Translations under genes and position numbers: made by a program | IMG/VR virus record: IMGVR_UViG_3300022178_004177 | Coordinates: 1-38,479 of that record | DNA length: 38,479 bases | DNA from: a virus | Taxonomy: Duplodnaviria; Caudoviricetes | Strand: one strand, 5' to 3' | In this document: in pieces, positions 27,103-35,241 of the stretch | Layout: each line of letters begins with the position of its first letter | Numbering within the stretch: position 1 is the stretch's first letter | Notes under the pieces: generated by a model | What the model saw: only the letters and a program-made list of their open reading frames with translations | Database searches by the model: none | What the model was told of the DNA's origin: nothing

Positions 27103-29339
27103 CGCCTACGACCTCCTAAGCCTAAAACCATAATAACTTGAACCAAACGATCTATTTTTACAGCCAAATCGTACACGTCATCAATAGTCTTCTCTCCTGT
27201 TATTGTTGCCTCTACAACAGATGATCCTTCTAAAGATGCTGTAATATTTACGATTGCCGCAGTCACCGACAAGCTTGTTGTTACAGCGGAAGACCCTGAC
27301 AAGTTCGCAGTTAATGTTTCCTGGTCACCTGTCACTGTCAAAGTAGACGTGACTACAGAAGCGCCCGCCAACGCAGCGGTTAATGCTTCCTGATCACCTG
27401 TCACCGTCAGTGTCGTGGTTACGCCAGAAGCTCCGGATAATGCAGCCGTTAATGTTTCCTGATCACCCGTTACTGTCAGGCTGGAGACGACTGCAGAAGA
27501 TCCGGATAATGCAGCGGTTAATGTTTCCTGGTCACCTGTTACTGTCAGAGTAGTAGCGACAGAAGACGCACCAACTAATGCAGCGGTTAATGTTTCTTCG
27601 TCACCCGTTACTGTCAACGTCGCTGTGGTGATAGCAGCTGAACCCGTTAAACCTGCTGTTACGGCAACGTCAGCATCTGCGACTGTTAGAGTCGCTGTCG
27701 AGATTGCAGACGTACCCGTGAGGCTTGCCGATATTTCTTCTTCATTTGCAATAGTCAAAGTAGTCGCTACCGCAGACCCACCAGTTATCGATGCGGTTAA
27801 TGTTTCCTGGTCACCTGTTACTGTCAGTGTCGTCGCTACCGTAGACCCACCAGTTAGTGCAGCCGTTAGCGTTTCTTCGTCACCCGTTACTGTCAGAGTA
27901 GTCGTTAGAGCAGACCCACCAGTTAACGCAGCGGTTAATGTCTCCTGATCACCCGTTACGGTCAGAGTCGTCGCTACACCGGACGCACCGGTTAACGCAG
28001 CGGTAAGTGTCTCCTGATCACCCGTTACGGTCAGCGTCGTCGCTACCGTAGACCCACCAACTAATGCAGTGGTTAATGTTTCTTGATCACTTGTCACCGT
28101 CAGTGTCGTGGTTACACCGGACGCACCAGTTAGTGCAGCTGTAAGTGTCTCCTGATCACTTGTCACCGTCAGTGTCGTGGCTACTGCAGACGCACCAGTT
28201 AGTGACGCCGTTACTGTTTCTTGATCACCTGTTACTGTCAGGGTTGTCGCTACTGCAGACGCACCGGTTAACGTAGCGGTAAGTGTTTCTTGGTCACCCG
28301 TTACTGTCAGGGTCGTCGCTATTGCAGACCCACCGGTTAGTGCAGCGGTTACCGTTTGCTGGTCACCCGTTACTGTTAGGGTTGCAGTTCCTATGTCTGA
28401 AGTTGCGGACATTGACGAGGTTAAAGATACCTGGTCACCCGTTACTGTTAGGGTTGTGGCTACAGCCGAAGACGCAGAAAGAGCAGCGGTAATATTGACA
28501 ACAGTGGAGCCGGCTTCTTTAAGAGCCAGCCACAGCGTGTATTGACGCATTGTCGAGATGTTAGTACCGCTGTCCGTAAACTCTAAAGGCACTCCCATCG
28601 CTGTGCCCGTAGCAGCATCTGCCGCTGAATAACTGGCAAAATCACGCATCAGCATTATCGTGTTTTGCCCGTTACCTCTTAAACTGTTGTCAGAAGTTGT
28701 GTTTCCACTTTGAAAAGTAAGAGGCGACCAAGATGTAGGCAAGTTTGCGTGTAGCCAATTACTACGATCACACGCACCTATTGCCACAACAGTTAAAGAG
28801 CTATCGTAAAAAGTAGAGTTCCACGGGTCAGTGCTGGTACTCGGTATTGTATTGGAATCTGCCCAAGTAAAATCTCGGTTAGTAGCTCCGTCAAAACTTT
28901 CCCTTGAAGCGTCAAAGCTCATTTGAGCCATGTTTGGAGTGCCTGTATCCCAAGAACTCCAGTCTATGCCTCGTATTGCAGCAAGGTGAGCTTGAGCATT
29001 ATTCGCTGTAGGTGTTGCAGTGACTTCTATTTCTAAACTGGTTAAATCACCAGACTGCACTTTAACCCAATACAATCCAAAGTATCGACTGTTAGTGTCA
29101 GAAGCTGGATAAGAGTGAAGCCAGTCAGTACCTAACAAATCAAACTGGGTAAACGAGCTTGTACCCCCGGTAATAGCTGGACCTGTAACGGACCCGGTTC
29201 CGCTTTTAACCCCAAACGAAAACAGCAGCAGGTCGTCAGCCTGAAGGTTTCCATACGTTAACGTTATTTCATTACCACTATTACCCTGTCGCCTAGAAGG
29301 GCTGTTTCCTACTGCTGGAGTTACATGCGTTATCGCCAT
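27099..29339 (-). CDS. Fibre/adhesin-like virion protein with about 19 x 23-aa repeats
   Basis: N-terminal ~275-aa beta domain, then Thr/Ala-rich repeats VTGDQETLTAALTGASAVATTLT, then a short C-terminal helix. Confidence 0.65.
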   Translation of the reverse strand: MAITHVTPAVGNSPSRRQGNSGNEITLTYGNLQADDLLLFSFGVKSGTGSVTGPAITGGTSSFTQFDLLGTDWLHSYPASDTNSRYFGLYWVKVQSGDLTSLEIEVTATPTANNAQAHLAAIRGIDWSSWDTGTPNMAQMSFDASRESFDGATNRDFTWADSNTIPSTSTDPWNSTFYDSSLTVVAIGACDRSNWLHANLPTSWSPLTFQSGNTTSDNSLRGNGQNTIMLMRDFASYSAADAATGTAMGVPLEFTDSGTNISTMRQYTLWLALKEAGSTVVNITAALSASSAVATTLTVTGDQVSLTSSMSATSDIGTATLTVTGDQQTVTAALTGGSAIATTLTVTGDQETLTATLTGASAVATTLTVTGDQETVTASLTGASAVATTLTVTSDQETLTAALTGASGVTTTLTVTSDQETLTTALVGGSTVATTLTVTGDQETLTAALTGASGVATTLTVTGDQETLTAALTGGSALTTTLTVTGDEETLTAALTGGSTVATTLTVTGDQETLTASITGGSAVATTLTIANEEEISASLTGTSAISTATLTVADADVAVTAGLTGSAAITTATLTVTGDEETLTAALVGASSVATTLTVTGDQETLTAALSGSSAVVSSLTVTGDQETLTAALSGASGVTTTLTVTGDQEALTAALAGASVVTSTLTVTGDQETLTANLSGSSAVTTSLSVTAAIVNITASLEGSSVVEATITGEKTIDDVYDLAVKIDRLVQVIMVLGLGGRRR
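27200..28505 (-). repeat. 69-nt (occasionally 72-nt) coding tandem repeat array
   Basis: tcacc(c/t)gttac(t/g)gtcag recurs at about 69-nt spacing; about 19 units counted in the translation. Confidence 0.9.
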
Positions 29340-30448
29340 TACAGATGCTCTATCGTAATCTCGATAGTAACGGCACCTGCCTTATAAGCTTTAGTAGGGA
29401 TAATCGAAAACTCACCTGAAATCGTATCGGTATCGGGTTCATAGTAGCTGCTCCAAGTACTCCCTGATAAGGAGTCTAAATCTATATCTGAGTTATATGA
29501 TTTAGTTAAACTTGTAATAGGACTGCTGGCTTTCCAAGGGTGCCCAGTTGGCAAATAAGAACCCCCTGCAGTCTGTAATCCATATTCATAAGCGAGCCAA
29601 CCTTCTGCAAGTTGCCTATCCGCTGTTGAAAGATCCCCTTTTATAACTAAAACTCTAGATAAACTTAACCCGCTAAAAATAAGGTCTTGGTTCATAAAGT
29701 TAAAGTTTTGGGAAAGCCATCCTATACATCCAAAGTCGCAAGTTCCGGCAACTGTTCCTGTCATTGTTTGCACACCACGTCGATATTCCGTAACCACGTT
29801 ACTAGAATCCCTAGTTAATACTCGGATATCTTCATCTTGAATGTAATCGGCAGTACCGGAACCGTTAATAGAGCCATTACTTTCATCTCTAAAGTAAACT
29901 TGTCGACTAGCGTTGTTGCCATACCAAGTAGCGTAACTAAATCTACCACTAGCATTATCAGAACCTATAGCGGGTTTGTTTGAATTGTCCGCTTGGTCTA
30001 CAACTAGAATTACTGTAAACGGTTCACCAGCTGCAAAGGTAGGCGGACTAGAACTAAACTTAAGCCTTGAAGAAGTTCCAATATCAATCGCTGGATAAGT
30101 GGTAATGATTCCACCACTAGATGCGAAGGTAGGTTCATTGCCACTAGATGCCGTAAGATCTGCACCATCTACAGCATTTAAAGCAGTGCTTATATCATCG
30201 CCATCTGCATACTGTGATCTGATCTGATCAGGGTTTATGTCAGCCAGGACATTTTCTATATACGGGAATTTATCACCCTTGCTTGCGGAAGCATCAACAT
30301 TAAAAGCAAACTTACCACCTGTGATGGTTTTTTTTGCTTTCAGACGTTTTAACGTACAGGAACCATAGAAGGTTAAGCTTAACGCTGAATCTTCAAAACT
30401 GTCCATCTGGCTTCCGTCAAGCTCGACGGTGTATATAGTGTCTGCCAC
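29339..30448 (-). CDS. Fibre/receptor-binding protein with LamG/concanavalin-like domain
   Basis: FTVILVV...LSTADRQLAEGWLAYEYGL...LPTGHPWK resembles LamG-type domains of phage fibres. Confidence 0.55.
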   Translation of the reverse strand: MADTIYTVELDGSQMDSFEDSALSLTFYGSCTLKRLKAKKTITGGKFAFNVDASASKGDKFPYIENVLADINPDQIRSQYADGDDISTALNAVDGADLTASSGNEPTFASSGGIITTYPAIDIGTSSRLKFSSSPPTFAAGEPFTVILVVDQADNSNKPAIGSDNASGRFSYATWYGNNASRQVYFRDESNGSINGSGTADYIQDEDIRVLTRDSSNVVTEYRRGVQTMTGTVAGTCDFGCIGWLSQNFNFMNQDLIFSGLSLSRVLVIKGDLSTADRQLAEGWLAYEYGLQTAGGSYLPTGHPWKASSPITSLTKSYNSDIDLDSLSGSTWSSYYEPDTDTISGEFSIIPTKAYKAGAVTIEITIEHL

Positions 30449-30457
30449 AAAACCATC

Positions 30458-30907
30458 CTAAGATTCAGTAATCACCAAGCCACCAATTGCGATGGTCACA
30501 AAAGCGCCTGCCCCCACGTTAACAGCTGTAAATGATCCGGAATACAAAAGGTTAGTAACGGCTCCACCGGTAGCTTTGTAGATTCCGATTTCAGTAACGG
30601 CAATTGTTTCTGTTGTGCTGTTTTCCCATTGGTTGGTTCCATTACCCACTGCAACACCGTTCGTCGCTTTGCTGCCAGTGGACCCACCACCAACAGCTGC
30701 AAATGTCCAGTTACCGCTTGCACTTGCAGTGTCAAAAGTTGCTTCTTCCAACTCAGTGTTGTATGCAGTAAGCTGGCCCGTTGTGGTGTTGGGAACTCCA
30801 GTGCCCAAACGAACTCTTAAAGCAGTCGTGTCAATATCCGTGAAAGAAGTACCGTCTAACACTAGCTCAAGAATATCTTGAGCGATAGTTTGGCCTTTTG
30901 CTCCCAT
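30458..30907 (-). CDS. Small fibre-associated structural protein
   Basis: 149 aa Thr/Gly-rich; VTEIGIY...GG...NLLYSG...IAIGGLVITE pattern, which commonly precedes repeat-fibre genes. Confidence 0.55.
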   Translation of the reverse strand: MGAKGQTIAQDILELVLDGTSFTDIDTTALRVRLGTGVPNTTTGQLTAYNTELEEATFDTASASGNWTFAAVGGGSTGSKATNGVAVGNGTNQWENSTTETIAVTEIGIYKATGGAVTNLLYSGSFTAVNVGAGAFVTIAIGGLVITES

Positions 30908-31095
30908 TACTTTACCTCGTATTTCTTACTCATACCGTCGGCCAGTCCTTGGGCCAAGGCGTATCCTGCACAAACAATCGCCAAGGCCCACGCCTTCGCT
31001 GTCGTGTCTACATCTTCTAGTCCACTAATACCGAGCAAGCCGGCAAGAGTGACCAGCAGCTTTTTACTGCCTAAGTTTTCAAGAATGTTTTTCAT
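30907..31095 (-). CDS. Small two-TM holin-like protein
   Basis: SKKLLVTLAGLLGI and AWALAIVCAGYALAQGLAD hydrophobic segments, basic C-terminus. Confidence 0.5.
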   Translation of the reverse strand: MKNILENLGSKKLLVTLAGLLGISGLEDVDTTAKAWALAIVCAGYALAQGLADGMSKKYEVK

Positions 31096-31100
31096 TTGTA

Positions 31101-31400
31101 TCAGAGCCTGATTCCTTTCTTTTTACCTGTTTTTTTCTTAACAGCGGCTTTTTTCTTAACAGCGGCGGCTTTTTTCCGCAAGTGTTGGTACATTGGCAGT
31201 CCCGGTGGCCCCGCCAACTCTGTACCTACTGGCGGTTTAGTCCTTCCACTATTTGCAACCTTTCGTGCTTTTGTCAACGCCAAAACCCGTTTAGTTTTTT
31301 TTGCTGTTTTTGCACTTTTCTTTGCGTGTTGCGAACGTGGCTTTGCTTTGTCCGATGGTCTTCCACGTTTACTTCCGTATGTTCCTTTTCCTGATGGCAT
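31101..31400 (-). CDS. Lys/Ala-rich basic protein (possible DNA-binding)
   Basis: MPSGKGTYGSKRGRP start; KKAAAVKKKAAVKKKTGKKKG tail. Confidence 0.6.
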   Translation of the reverse strand: MPSGKGTYGSKRGRPSDKAKPRSQHAKKSAKTAKKTKRVLALTKARKVANSGRTKPPVGTELAGPPGLPMYQHLRKKAAAVKKKAAVKKKTGKKKGIRL

Positions 31401-31747
31401 TACTGCCTCCTGATTCCTAGGCCACCCAAGGCCAATGCACTAAGAAGAGTTTCAAAAACAGTAGAGCCGTACCTGAGCCAGCCTTTGAAATCTTCTAGTT
31501 GTTCATTTTTCATGCTACGGATATGGTCCTGTTTAGACTGGATCACCTCCTGTAAGTTTGTTTGAACCCTAGTCCACTGCGCTATTTCTTCTGCGTCAGT
31601 CGCTTTAATCAGATTCAACTCAACTCTATTGAGATCTTCACGAAGTTCCTGAAGCTGCTCTTTCTCAGTTCTAATTTGTCCGGTACAACCAAGAACAACC
31701 AATAAGATTGCCAGTGTGAACCATTTACTTGCGAATCTCACGGCCAA
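31400..31747 (-). CDS. Lipoprotein with coiled coil and hydrophobic C-terminus, candidate spanin
   Basis: WFTLAILLV-VLGC lipobox; heptad helix; C-terminal TLLSALALGGLGIRR. Confidence 0.55.
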   Translation of the reverse strand: MAVRFASKWFTLAILLVVLGCTGQIRTEKEQLQELREDLNRVELNLIKATDAEEIAQWTRVQTNLQEVIQSKQDHIRSMKNEQLEDFKGWLRYGSTVFETLLSALALGGLGIRRQ

Positions 31748-31991
31748 GCTCCTTCACCTCTTCTTTTACGTCTTTTGTCATTTGCACTAAGTTACTTAAA
31801 ACCTGCGTCGAGTTTCGTATTGCGTGCGTGTTACTTCTTAACGATTCTTCCATCGCTTTCCAGCGTTCGTATTCATGAAACTTACTCCCGCTACCAGTGC
31901 CGTTTTTAGACTTTAAGTAGGAGAAAACTTCTTTTGTCACAAACAAAGCCAAAGCTGTCGCTCCTACTGCTTCACCTGACAACACATCCAT
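31725..31991 (-). CDS. N-terminal TM + coiled-coil protein (i-spanin/holin-like); homolog of 3874..4164
   Basis: AVGATALALFVTKEVFSYL then a charged helix; overlaps the downstream lipoprotein gene. Confidence 0.55.
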   Translation of the reverse strand: MDVLSGEAVGATALALFVTKEVFSYLKSKNGTGSGSKFHEYERWKAMEESLRSNTHAIRNSTQVLSNLVQMTKDVKEEVKELGREIRK

Positions 31992-32209
31992 TACAGCTCA
32001 GTCCATTTCGTTATTCCGGTCAGCTTTCCCGTAGACCAGGTTAAAGTTATCCGAGCCTGTGTGCCGTCTTCCGCCGTCTCTGTAATCGTTTGCAACTCAT
32101 CATTAGTCCAAGTCAATGATATGCCTGGATTCCAAAGCTTAGTATGTGGAGCGGCTTGCTCTACAGATTGAATTCCTCGCCCTCGTGGGTGCCGATAGTT
32201 CACTGCCAT
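31991..32209 (-). CDS. Hypothetical protein with duplicated LTW...L..IT beta motif
   Basis: SLTWTNDELQTIT / TLTWSTGKLTGIT; TAATG-coupled on both sides. Confidence 0.55.
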   Translation of the reverse strand: MAVNYRHPRGRGIQSVEQAAPHTKLWNPGISLTWTNDELQTITETAEDGTQARITLTWSTGKLTGITKWTEL

Positions 32210-32478
32210 TAGGAATTAGTTCCCATTGTCCGAACTAGGGATTTCAATTCTTGTCTTGAGTTTTCTATGAAGGGATCCAATCCCCCTTGTCCTCCGACGT
32301 TGTTCACGTCAATATCAACAACCGCACCAGATATTTCCTGGTGTGGCATATCTCCGCCGTGTAAATGCACTAAATCTACATTAAATGTAATGGTGCAAGA
32401 GACTCGACTGTTCACCATGCACTGGGCTAAGTCTTTAGGCAGTTCTTCAGCTTTAAGTTTTATTTGCATTAGTGCCAC
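32209..32478 (-). CDS. Hypothetical protein
   Basis: Fits the coupled operon; the start may be the ATG at 32469. Confidence 0.55.
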   Translation of the reverse strand: MALMQIKLKAEELPKDLAQCMVNSRVSCTITFNVDLVHLHGGDMPHQEISGAVVDIDVNNVGGQGGLDPFIENSRQELKSLVRTMGTNS

Positions 32479-32729
32479 TCCACTTTAATGGTGCCATTGC
32501 TACTATCTTCAATGTTCTTAATTACTTCACGCTCTTGAGATTTAGAACCTACGTAAGCGTTCAGTGATTCATTAAATCCGCCTTGAAAGACTGACCCCAC
32601 AGTAGGAGTCCAACGCCGGCGACTAGCGTTCTGACATTTAGGACAAGGCTCAATCGCTTGAACCTCTTCCATATTCCTGAAGACCTCGAAATCCCCATGG
32701 TGTTCACAAACGAATGGATAAACCGGCAT
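32469..32729 (-). CDS. FmdB-family zinc-ribbon protein
   Basis: MPVYPFVCEHHGDFE...PCPKC...RR matches the MPxYxYxC..C...FE...CPxC pattern, with the first pair as CxxH. Confidence 0.7.
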   Translation of the reverse strand: MPVYPFVCEHHGDFEVFRNMEEVQAIEPCPKCQNASRRRWTPTVGSVFQGGFNESLNAYVGSKSQEREVIKNIEDSSNGTIKVEWH

Positions 32730-34783
32730 TAAAATCCGCCTCTCATAAGCTCTTGAACATTTTGACCTGTGGCCCCCCCGGACCCCATTTGTTGTGGAGT
32801 TCCTCCTGCTCCACCGGCAGTTAGTCCCGCACCTCCGCTTGGATTATTTGTTGTACCTGGCGCTGGGCCTGGATTTCCTCCGGTAGCCTGTCTTTGTTGC
32901 TGTACCTGCTGCATTCCTTGAGCGGATTGCTGCTGGGCACGAAGCATAGCCCGATGAGCTTCGAGATGATTTTGTAGTCTCTCGACCGTGCTTGGACTTT
33001 GCAGTGTCTGCGGATCTTGTAACTGTTGCTCGTGCGTGAATATGTGCCACTCGTGGTCGTCTATTTCGTTGGGCTGAAGATCCAGGCCTTTCTTCAACAT
33101 GAGATACCACTCTTGACCGGGGTCCATCGGCGGTCCGCTTTCGGGGAGGAACCTGAGATCCTGCACACCGAGTTCTTGGGCCACTTTTTTTAGCTGCGGG
33201 CGGATGTCGATCAAGGGTGCCGGGCTTCCTGCCTGTGAGTACGGTGTAAGCAGTTGCAAAGTCTGACCAGCTTTCGCTAATCTTTCTTGCCTGGTCTCTG
33301 CTGCCATGTCCTCGATGGTGCAACTCCACAGGTAGTTTCCTCCGAGATCGGCCCCTGAGTATGGAACCCAGACGATATCGCCTCGATCTCCAGTTATCTG
33401 TACTACCTTCTCTTTCGAGTAGTACTGACTCATCACTGCTCTCACGTCTTCGGCTAAGCTTTCCAGTGTTGACGAGATTCTTTCCCCGATTCCTGATCGG
33501 CGAGCATTCGCTGCTCCGGCGATTCGTCCTATTTCCGATGCGGACCTTTCGCCGGCACGGCTTCCTCCCAGGTCGAACTCTGACATTCCCGATATCTCTG
33601 TCCATCGTTGTTTTATCTCCGACGTAAAAGCGTATGAGTCTGGAGAAATATTAGCGTCTGGTATGGGAACAATCGATCCACTAACAGCTCCGCCAGCTGC
33701 ATGAACTCCTACTAGTGTTCCATCTTTTGGATATACCAAAGCGTCAACTTGTTCGTCGTCAATCCTGTCCATGTCGTAAGCGTATTTTCTTTTATAAGCG
33801 CTTAAATGGTTCAGGCGACTAGCGAGCGTAAGGTTGTATTCGTCAACTAGGTTTAGCCATGGGACCATAGGACTTTGAGTCCAAAAGTTTTCATTATCGT
33901 CAGTCCCGTGGAATACGTAAAACGGATATCTCTGGACAGGTAGTCGCATGGGCTGGCTGCCCAAAAACTGCTCACAGTCAGAAGTAAACGTATAGATCCG
34001 CTTGTCCACCATATCGTGGTATTGGACTAGTCGAACAAACTTGCGCTCTGGGTCTCTGCCGTATCGATTTTGAAACTCTGAAAGAGTCATATTCGGAGGC
34101 AAGTCCCACTCGTCGGCTTCTAGGTTTCCTGTGTTCTTGTACTGCGGATCTCGCTTTACAGCTTCTAAGTCACGCACATATTCAACAGCAACCCATAGAG
34201 CATCGTGAATACTTGTTGCGCACGGATCGACCATAAAGTTTTGCGGGCGAATGTGCAGAGCATAGATTTGGCCAGGTCGAATACCATACGGTAAATCGCT
34301 ATTATCTTTTGGCCCAGACTCTGCAGAGTTTTCTGGAGTTTCAGGATTCGCTCCTCCGGTGGTTGTTGGAACCAGTGCGTTATCGTAATAACCCAACTGT
34401 ATGATTCCAACGCCGTAAAGTAGCGTATCGTGTATAGCCTTTTTAAGAGTCGCCTTGAAGTTAATCGCTTGCAACTCAGCGGTAACAGCAGCCTCTACTG
34501 TAGGAGCTTGTTCTTCAGATTCTTGAGATTGAGGGGTTGCCGTGAATACTGGGTTTCGGTAAACCAGTGACGGCATCATGCTTTCATACCAAGCCCAAGG
34601 ATAGTTTACCTGGAGACGAAAGCCTTCAGGGTCAAAGCTGGTAGGTGGGTCTGAACGATAATAAGCATAGGTGTCTTCCCATACTTGTTTATTTGTTTCA
34701 CGACGCTCTTGAGCAACGACTACATTATCTTGTAATCGCTGTAACTGTTGTGAGAGCGTCGGTCGCCCTTCGCTGTATGGCAT
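32729..34783 (-). CDS. Portal protein (P22-like)
   Basis: 684 aa after the terminase. QVNY...YRNPVF, DTLLYGVGIIQLGY, FMVDP, ISGMSEF...G...ERSASE motifs; Gln/Gly-rich tail. Confidence 0.85.
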   Translation of the reverse strand: MPYSEGRPTLSQQLQRLQDNVVVAQERRETNKQVWEDTYAYYRSDPPTSFDPEGFRLQVNYPWAWYESMMPSLVYRNPVFTATPQSQESEEQAPTVEAAVTAELQAINFKATLKKAIHDTLLYGVGIIQLGYYDNALVPTTTGGANPETPENSAESGPKDNSDLPYGIRPGQIYALHIRPQNFMVDPCATSIHDALWVAVEYVRDLEAVKRDPQYKNTGNLEADEWDLPPNMTLSEFQNRYGRDPERKFVRLVQYHDMVDKRIYTFTSDCEQFLGSQPMRLPVQRYPFYVFHGTDDNENFWTQSPMVPWLNLVDEYNLTLASRLNHLSAYKRKYAYDMDRIDDEQVDALVYPKDGTLVGVHAAGGAVSGSIVPIPDANISPDSYAFTSEIKQRWTEISGMSEFDLGGSRAGERSASEIGRIAGAANARRSGIGERISSTLESLAEDVRAVMSQYYSKEKVVQITGDRGDIVWVPYSGADLGGNYLWSCTIEDMAAETRQERLAKAGQTLQLLTPYSQAGSPAPLIDIRPQLKKVAQELGVQDLRFLPESGPPMDPGQEWYLMLKKGLDLQPNEIDDHEWHIFTHEQQLQDPQTLQSPSTVERLQNHLEAHRAMLRAQQQSAQGMQQVQQQRQATGGNPGPAPGTTNNPSGGAGLTAGGAGGTPQQMGSGGATGQNVQELMRGGF

Positions 34784-34785
34784 GA

Positions 34786-35016
34786 CTAGCCTAGGATGTT
34801 AGTGCTGCCACCGGGCAGCTTGTTGATAGAAGCACCGGAAGCTGTAGGCTTTCCTTTTGTAACACTTCCACCCATAACGATGCCGTCGTGTTTCATACAC
34901 GCATTTACGTCAACACCCTTATTTGCCGAAACAGAACCAATGACGCAACCCTTTTTAGTATTATTAGGGGGAACGTTCTCGGTGCCTTTATTACTCTTGA
35001 TCGGATGGTTTTCCAT
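34786..35016 (-). CDS. Hypothetical protein
   Basis: 76 aa; TAATG coupling; SD GAGG. Confidence 0.5.
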   Translation of the reverse strand: MENHPIKSNKGTENVPPNNTKKGCVIGSVSANKGVDVNACMKHDGIVMGGSVTKGKPTASGASINKLPGGSTNILG

Positions 35017-35240
35017 TAGTAACCTCTCGGGGCCGACTTTGTTCCATGAGCAGTAGAGCCACCACGCTGACTAGCGGTGTGATTCTTTGCAGCGATTGCT
35101 ACGGCATTTTCAATCGTGCCTGCGCCGGAACTATACAGTCTATGGGCTTCTTTTACAACATCCTCCATATTAACTTCAGGAATAAACTGATAATGGTTTC
35201 TCACGAGAAAGCGCATTCTGTCATTTGATGGTGACCCCAT
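35016..35240 (-). CDS. Hypothetical protein
   Basis: 74 aa; SD GGAGG at the end of the terminase gene. Confidence 0.55.
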   Translation of the reverse strand: MGSPSNDRMRFLVRNHYQFIPEVNMEDVVKEAHRLYSSGAGTIENAVAIAAKNHTASQRGGSTAHGTKSAPRGY

Positions 35241-35241
35241 C

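Noticed and set aside
27200-28505. 69-nt array as a non-coding repeat or mobile element
   Set aside because: It lies wholly in frame within a CDS with synonymous variation between units.
32844-33605. 253-aa alternative-frame ORF inside the portal gene
   Set aside because: Arg/Ser-rich off-frame translation with no motif; unlike the MTase case, no functional motif is missing from the main frame.
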